Below, piece after piece: positions 57,142 through 57,561 of a stretch of 57,561 bases of DNA. The notes beneath the pieces were generated by a model, which ran no database searches, had not been told where the DNA came from, and was given only the letters and a program-made list of their open reading frames with translations. This DNA is from Guillardia theta CCMP2712. Taxonomy: Eukaryota; Protista; Cryptophyta. The first letter of the stretch is position 1. Each line of letters opens with the position of its first letter. A program made the position numbers and the translations under genes. The stretch lies in the NCBI RefSeq assembly GCF_000315625.1, contig NW_005434443.1, positions 1-57,561 of the forward strand, read 5' to 3'.

Positions 57142-57561
57142 GATGGAGCAGGAGCTCTGACAACGGCGGCAGCGGGCTGAGGAACGAGGAGGTCGCGGTG
57201 AGAAAGATCGCAAGTTGCTGGTTTCGACTGAATGCTTCTTCCTCCTCCCATGCTTCCTCCTCCTTCCGTCTATTCTCCTCCTCGTCCTCCTTCCGTCTTT
57301 TCTCCTCCTCCTCCTCCTTCCGTCTATTCTCCTCCTCCTCCTCCTTCCGTCTATTCTCCTCCTCCTCCTCCTCCTCCTTCCTGCCCCTGCCCCTGCCCCT
57401 GCTCGTGCTCGTGCTCCTGCCCCTGCCCCTGCCCCTGCCCCTGCCCCTGCTCGTGCTCCTCTCTTCCTCTTTCTCCGCAGAATCTCCACGAGCTCAAGAT
57501 CGCTGTGGACGAGGGTGTCGTGCAGTGGCAGTCTGAAAGCGACTCTTATCCTCTTGTACAG

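Overview
Eukaryotic nuclear DNA, not prokaryotic. It has short GT-AG introns, (CCCTAAA)n/(TTTAGGG)n telomeric repeats and bipartite complex-plastid targeting peptides, which suggests a cryptophyte-like alga such as Guillardia (inference). The first ~15 kb is a head-to-tail array of non-LTR retrotransposons, all on the minus strand, separated only by short telomeric-repeat tracts. One copy looks full length (~1208-12273). It has a 5' 20-bp tandem array, ORF1, and a pol region with a Ulp1-type protease, APE endonuclease, RT, degenerate RNase H, CCHC finger and a restriction-like endonuclease, ending in an (ACT)n tail joined to AGGGTTT. The other copies belong to related families; those whose 3' side is visible are 3'-truncated and capped with telomeric repeats. 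This is the main candidate novel system: a telomere-targeting, dual-endonuclease (Dualen/RandI-like) LINE that turns over together with telomerase healing. The remainder is an intron-rich gene region: a plastid-targeted amino-acid transporter, an unknown gene, an inverted pair of polycystin/PKD2-like channel genes with C2 domains, a very large secreted multi-domain protein, an SMCHD1/GMI1-like gene, a MYND/MSS51-like gene, an organellar CysRS and an unknown gene. Exon boundaries and domain calls were read by eye and are approximate.
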